Origin: an uncultured Acidobacteriota bacterium
GTDB taxonomy: Bacteria > Acidobacteriota > UBA6911 > CAINFC01
NCBI GenBank assembly: GCA_964617125.1
Contig: CAZTVS010000001.1
Location: forward strand, 14,296-78,295
Reading direction: 5' to 3'
DNA length: 64,000 nt
Shown here: positions 60,115-64,000 of the stretch, piece by piece
Numbering within the stretch: position 1 is the first letter of the stretch
Layout: each line of letters opens with the position of its first letter
The notes under the pieces: model-generated
Databases searched by the model: none
What the model was told of the DNA's origin: nothing
Seen by the model: only the letters and a program-made list of their open reading frames with translations
Made by a program: the position numbers and the translations under genes

Positions 60115-60281
60115 ACTTTCAAGATTCAGTCCTTCTCCAGTTCACCAGCCCGCGGGGTGAAACGATGTCTTCCTGAGTTCCCGGAGGTTCCTCTTCTCTT
60201 TGTTCCGACATGAGTGTCTTTATTTTACCCGCAACACGGTCTCACGGGTAGAGTTTTCCGATTATTTAGCCACGCTCCCGT

Positions 60282-61262
60282 TCAGCTGTCTTTCCTGATT
60301 TTTTCTACTTCCCTGGTCAGAAGCGGTAAAACCTGTAAGGTATCACCCACAATTCCGAAGTCGGCTACTTTGAAGATAGGTGCTTCAGGATCCTTGTTGA
60401 CAGCTAAAATGTATTTGGAGGAAGACATACCTGCCATATGTTGGATCGATCCCGAAATCCCGCAGGCGATATAAAGCGTCGGAGAAACGGTTTTTCCGGT
60501 CTGACCCACCTGGAAACGATGTTCGACCCATCCCGCATCCACGACGGCACGAGACGCGCCTGTGGCCGCATTCAGGCGCTGGGCCAAGGATTGTATCAGA
60601 TGCCAGTTTTCCGGGCCTTTCATCCCTCGTCCTCCGGAGACGATGATATCGGCCTCGGTTAACTCCACGGTTTGGCCGGAAAAATTTTGCGTTTCTACGA
60701 CCCTGGCACGAATGCCATCCAGACTCAACAGAGAATCCAAAGCCGTCATTTCCGGTTCGGCGAACACCCGTTCTTCCGCAGAGAAAGTGTTGGGTCGAAG
60801 CGTGACCACCTGGGGTGTTCCGGTAAGCTTAATGGTAGTAAAGGCCTTTCCGGCAAAAATGGGGCGAGTGAGTTCCAGGGCACCATCCTGTCCCCATACG
60901 ATTTGTGTACAATCCTGGGCCATGGAAACGTCCAGACGGGCACTGACTCTGGGCAAAAGTTCTTTACCCAGTGCAGAAGAGGCAGCCAGAAGCACCGTCG
61001 GTTGAAAATCTCGGACGCAGTGCGTCAACAGATCGGCGTAGCCCTCGGTGCTGTATTGAGACAGGGCCGGATGATTGCTGAAATAGATTTTTCCCGCACC
61101 ATAGGAGGCGCATCGTCTTGCCGATTCTTCCGGACCGACCACGACGGCGGCCACGGTTCCTCCACTCGATTCCGCCAACCGACGGGCCTGACTCAGGACT
61201 TCCAGGGAGAATTTTTTCAGATTCCCTTCTCGTTGTTCCGCAAATACAAGTATTTTCGACAT
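60282..61262 (-). CDS. etfA: Electron transfer flavoprotein alpha subunit
   Basis: MSKILVFAEQREG N-terminus. FAD-binding C-terminal domain (...ACGISGSIQHMAG). Confidence 0.85.
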   Translation of the reverse strand: MSKILVFAEQREGNLKKFSLEVLSQARRLAESSGGTVAAVVVGPEESARRCASYGAGKIYFSNHPALSQYSTEGYADLLTHCVRDFQPTVLLAASSALGKELLPRVSARLDVSMAQDCTQIVWGQDGALELTRPIFAGKAFTTIKLTGTPQVVTLRPNTFSAEERVFAEPEMTALDSLLSLDGIRARVVETQNFSGQTVELTEADIIVSGGRGMKGPENWHLIQSLAQRLNAATGASRAVVDAGWVEHRFQVGQTGKTVSPTLYIACGISGSIQHMAGMSSSKYILAVNKDPEAPIFKVADFGIVGDTLQVLPLLTREVEKIRKDS

Positions 61263-61281
61263 CGATATCTTCCTAAAAAAA

Positions 61282-62067
61282 CTAGATCAGTTTTGCTTCC
61301 TGATGCAACAGGGTTACCATCTCCGGAACGACCGTTTCCGGTTCTCCGCTCAGTATCTTTCCGGTGTTCCGAGTGGGAGGCAATGAGAGTCGGATGCGCA
61401 CTTCCTTGCGGGCCTGCTTCCCGACCTGCTCCCCGGTCAAACCCAGCTCGTTCAGATTCACTTCCCGGATCTCCTTCTTTTTGGCCGCCATGATGCCCTT
61501 GAGCGAAGGATAGCGTGGTTCATTCAATCCTTTCTGTGCCGAGATGACCGCCGGAAGAGGACTCTCGATGACCTCAACGCCCCCCTCGATATCATGCCTG
61601 GCCGTCACCGATGTTTCCTTCCAGTCGATATGGGTGGCACCGGTGATCTGTGGCAAGTTCAGTAATTCGGCGAGCATGGATGCCGTTTGGGCCTGATCGT
61701 CACCGATACTATACTTTCCTGTGAGGATGACATCGGCCTGCAGCGGGGCAATCACCTTGGCGAGGATTTTTGCGGTTCCCAGAGAATCGGAATCCTGTGC
61801 CGCTGGATCGCAGACATGGATCGCCTTGTCGGCTCCCATGGCCAGGCAGGTACGGATAGCTTCCGTGGCCCGGGCCGGTCCGATGCATACCAGAATGACC
61901 TCTCCTCCGCGAGATTCCTTCAACTTGAGTGCCTCTTCCACCGCGAATTCATCATAGGGATTGACGATAAAGGTGACCCCTTTTTCATCCCAACTGGTTC
62001 CATCGGAGGCAATCTGAACGCGGGTGGTGGTGTCCGGAACCTGTTTAATGCAAACTACTATTTTCAT
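61282..62067 (-). CDS. etfB: Electron transfer flavoprotein beta subunit
   Basis: MKIVVCIKQVPDTTTRVQI is the EtfB signature. Confidence 0.85.
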   Translation of the reverse strand: MKIVVCIKQVPDTTTRVQIASDGTSWDEKGVTFIVNPYDEFAVEEALKLKESRGGEVILVCIGPARATEAIRTCLAMGADKAIHVCDPAAQDSDSLGTAKILAKVIAPLQADVILTGKYSIGDDQAQTASMLAELLNLPQITGATHIDWKETSVTARHDIEGGVEVIESPLPAVISAQKGLNEPRYPSLKGIMAAKKKEIREVNLNELGLTGEQVGKQARKEVRIRLSLPPTRNTGKILSGEPETVVPEMVTLLHQEAKLI

Positions 62068-62118
62068 GAGTATTTCCTGTCGCTAGCAACTTTAGTCAGA
62101 TGGGAACGGCTAAAAAAA

Positions 62119-63360
62119 TTAACCGCTGAACTTCTTGAGAAGTATGCAGGCGTTCGTGCCGCCGAATCCGAAAGAATTGGACATGGCGTATTCGATTGAG
62201 GCCCGCCGTGCTTGATTGGGGACATAGTCCAAATCACATTCCGGGTCGGGAAATTCATAATTGATGGTCGGAGCGATGATCTGGTCACGTAGGGTGAGAG
62301 CGGTAATGGCACCTTCCACTCCGCCGGCCGCTCCCAATAAATGTCCGATCATGGACTTGGTGGAGCTGATGGCTAATTTGCGGGCATGTTCGGCAAAAAC
62401 TTCTTTAATGGCCATGGTTTCAAATTTGTCATTGAAGGGTGTCGAAGTGCCATGGGCGTTGATATATTGCACCTGTTCCGGTTGGATGCCGGCATCCTTC
62501 AGTGTCCTTTGCATCAACCGAATAGCGCCATCTCCGGATGGGGCCGTGATGTGATAAGCGTCCGAGGTCATGCCATATCCGACAAACTCGGCAAGTATAT
62601 TGGCGTTGCGTTTCAAGGCGCAATCCAGGGATTCCAACACAAGGATCCCCGCACCTTCTCCGATGATGAAACCGTCTCTTTCTTTATCGAAAGGCCGGCT
62701 GGCTTTGCCTGGTTCGTCATTCCGCGTCGATAGGGCGCGCATGGCGGCAAATCCGCTGACTGCCATAGGAGTGATGGCTGCTTCCGCTCCACCGGCGAGC
62801 ATGATATCGGCATCTCCTCTCTGGATGATCTTGAAGGCATCCCCCAAGGCATGGGTTCCGGAGGAACAGGCCGTACAGGTTGCCGAATTCGGTCCTTTCA
62901 GGCCAAAGCGTATGGCGACTTGTCCGGCGGCGAGATTGACAACCACGGAGGGGATGAAAAACGGACTCACCCGGCGAGGACCTTGCTGAAGCAGAGTTGT
63001 ATGTTCTTTTTCGATGGAACCGAACCCTCCGATACCGGATCCGATGATCACTCCGGCATTAGCTTCCTGTTCCGCAGTGATGTTCAATTGAGCCATTTTT
63101 ACAGCTTCATCTGCCGAAGCGATGGCGTAGTGGATAAAAGGATCCATTTTCTTGATCTCTTTTTTCTCCACAAATTGTTGAGGATCAAATCCCTTTACCT
63201 CGGCAGCGATCGTAGAGGAATAACCGCTGGTATCGAATTTTGTAATCTGGCCGATTCCGCTGACACCCCCCTGGAGTTTTTCCCACGTTTCCACCGCCGT
63301 ATTACCCAGGGCTGTTACCATGCCCACACCGGTAATGACTACCCTTCTATTTGCCGACAT
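62119..63360 (-). CDS. fabF: 3-oxoacyl-ACP synthase II
   Basis: [15 protein letters not shown]. Active-site Cys region [13 protein letters not shown]. His/His motifs. Confidence 0.9.
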   Translation of the reverse strand: MSANRRVVITGVGMVTALGNTAVETWEKLQGGVSGIGQITKFDTSGYSSTIAAEVKGFDPQQFVEKKEIKKMDPFIHYAIASADEAVKMAQLNITAEQEANAGVIIGSGIGGFGSIEKEHTTLLQQGPRRVSPFFIPSVVVNLAAGQVAIRFGLKGPNSATCTACSSGTHALGDAFKIIQRGDADIMLAGGAEAAITPMAVSGFAAMRALSTRNDEPGKASRPFDKERDGFIIGEGAGILVLESLDCALKRNANILAEFVGYGMTSDAYHITAPSGDGAIRLMQRTLKDAGIQPEQVQYINAHGTSTPFNDKFETMAIKEVFAEHARKLAISSTKSMIGHLLGAAGGVEGAITALTLRDQIIAPTINYEFPDPECDLDYVPNQARRASIEYAMSNSFGFGGTNACILLKKFSG

Positions 63361-63427
63361 ATATTTGCTCTCAAAAGTGCTGCAATTCTAGTTACAAGAA
63401 AGAAATGATCTAAACCGATACAATAAA

Positions 63428-63473
63428 CCTCTGCCCGCCGGAACTCTGATGGAGTGCCGGACATATGCAGAGG
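63428..63473 (-). terminator. Hairpin/attenuator between acpP and fabF
   Basis: CCTCTGC...GCAGAGG stem with a T-rich tail on the minus strand (TTTATTG). Typical position for an acpP terminator. Confidence 0.5.
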
Positions 63474-63511
63474 TATCGTATTATGGAATAAAAATAAGTT
63501 TGTCGTTAGAC

Positions 63512-63748
63512 TCAGTTCACGTGCTTTTCGATGTAGCTGATAGCGTCCTGAACGGTACGGATTTTTTCCGCTTCCTCATCCGGGATTTCGATACCGAATT
63601 TTTCTTCGAAAGCCATCACCAGCTCTACGGTATCCAGCGAATCAGCACCCAGATCATCGACAAAAGATGCAGCAGCAGTTACTTCCGCTTCGTCCACGCC
63701 CAACTGTTCTACGATGATTGCTTTCACATCATCTTGAATGGATGGCAT
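63512..63748 (-). CDS. acpP: Acyl carrier protein
   Basis: [15 protein letters not shown] phosphopantetheine-attachment motif. Confidence 0.95.
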   Translation of the reverse strand: MPSIQDDVKAIIVEQLGVDEAEVTAAASFVDDLGADSLDTVELVMAFEEKFGIEIPDEEAEKIRTVQDAISYIEKHVN

Positions 63749-63943
63749 AATTGTTCTCCGTTTCCTTTATTTCTGGTGTTGATAGTTGAATGACAGATGT
63801 TGCACTTTACGTTTTTACCGGAGTACAACATATCGTTTCTGTTTTGTTTTCATTTTAAAGCATGCAATTATAGACCACTCGGCCGGAAAAAGTAAGAGCT
63901 GAGTCGGTACATTCTGCTCTTGCTTTCAGCGTGACCAAGCGGA

Positions 63944-64000
63944 TTACATGTACATGCCGCCATTGACTCCAATCACCTGACCGGTAATGTATCCGGCCTG
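63944..64000 (-). CDS. fabG: 3-oxoacyl-ACP reductase FabG, C-terminal fragment (gene continues beyond window)
   Basis: C-terminal ...ITGQVIGVNGGMYM* and conserved fabG-acpP-fabF order. Confidence 0.6.
   Translation of the reverse strand, partial: QAGYITGQVIGVNGGMYM

Overview
This is a 64 kb chromosomal segment of moderate GC (~53%) with dense, operon-packed coding and many ATGA start/stop overlaps. Gene content suggests a Deltaproteobacteria/Desulfobacterota-like anaerobe, possibly a syntroph (transcarboxylase 12S+1.3S, PPDK, ETF, split glyQ/glyS). Most of the window is housekeeping: the ffh-rpsP-KH-rimM-trmD-rplS operon, recO-glyQ-glyS, purF-purM-purN, pssA-psd, holA-lptE, argF, rpsT, gpmI, ybeY-corC, etfBA-fabF-acpP-fabG, tRNA-Ser(GGA) and tRNA-Glu(UUC). 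There are no transposases, integrases or CRISPR arrays. Three regions deserve attention. (1) 35.98-37.18 kb holds a shell-only bacterial microcompartment locus: one PduA-like BMC-H followed by three tandem EutN/CcmL-type BMC-P pentamer paralogs. It is driven by its own candidate promoter, is overlapped by a D-2-hydroxyacid dehydrogenase and purF/purM/purN, contains an internal 11-bp hairpin, and has no canonical signature or aldehyde-dehydrogenase core. (2) 1.5-8.9 kb is a tightly ATGA-coupled lipid operon: a degenerate-HAD::fatty-acyl-CoA-reductase fusion, a second thioester-reductase SDR, a PF04230-like pyruvyl-transferase-family protein, an acyl-CoA synthetase and an enoyl-CoA hydratase. 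(3) Pyruvate phosphate dikinase carries a 36-aa Lys/Ala/Pro histone-H1-like C-terminal tail with its own Met and SD. Other notes: a PilZ / unknown / DHH-DHHA1 trio, a DoxX + membrane-anchored non-canonical rhodanese pair, a Ser/Thr kinase with a mucin-like S/T linker, and a TPR protein with a long acidic disordered core coupled to a small membrane protein.
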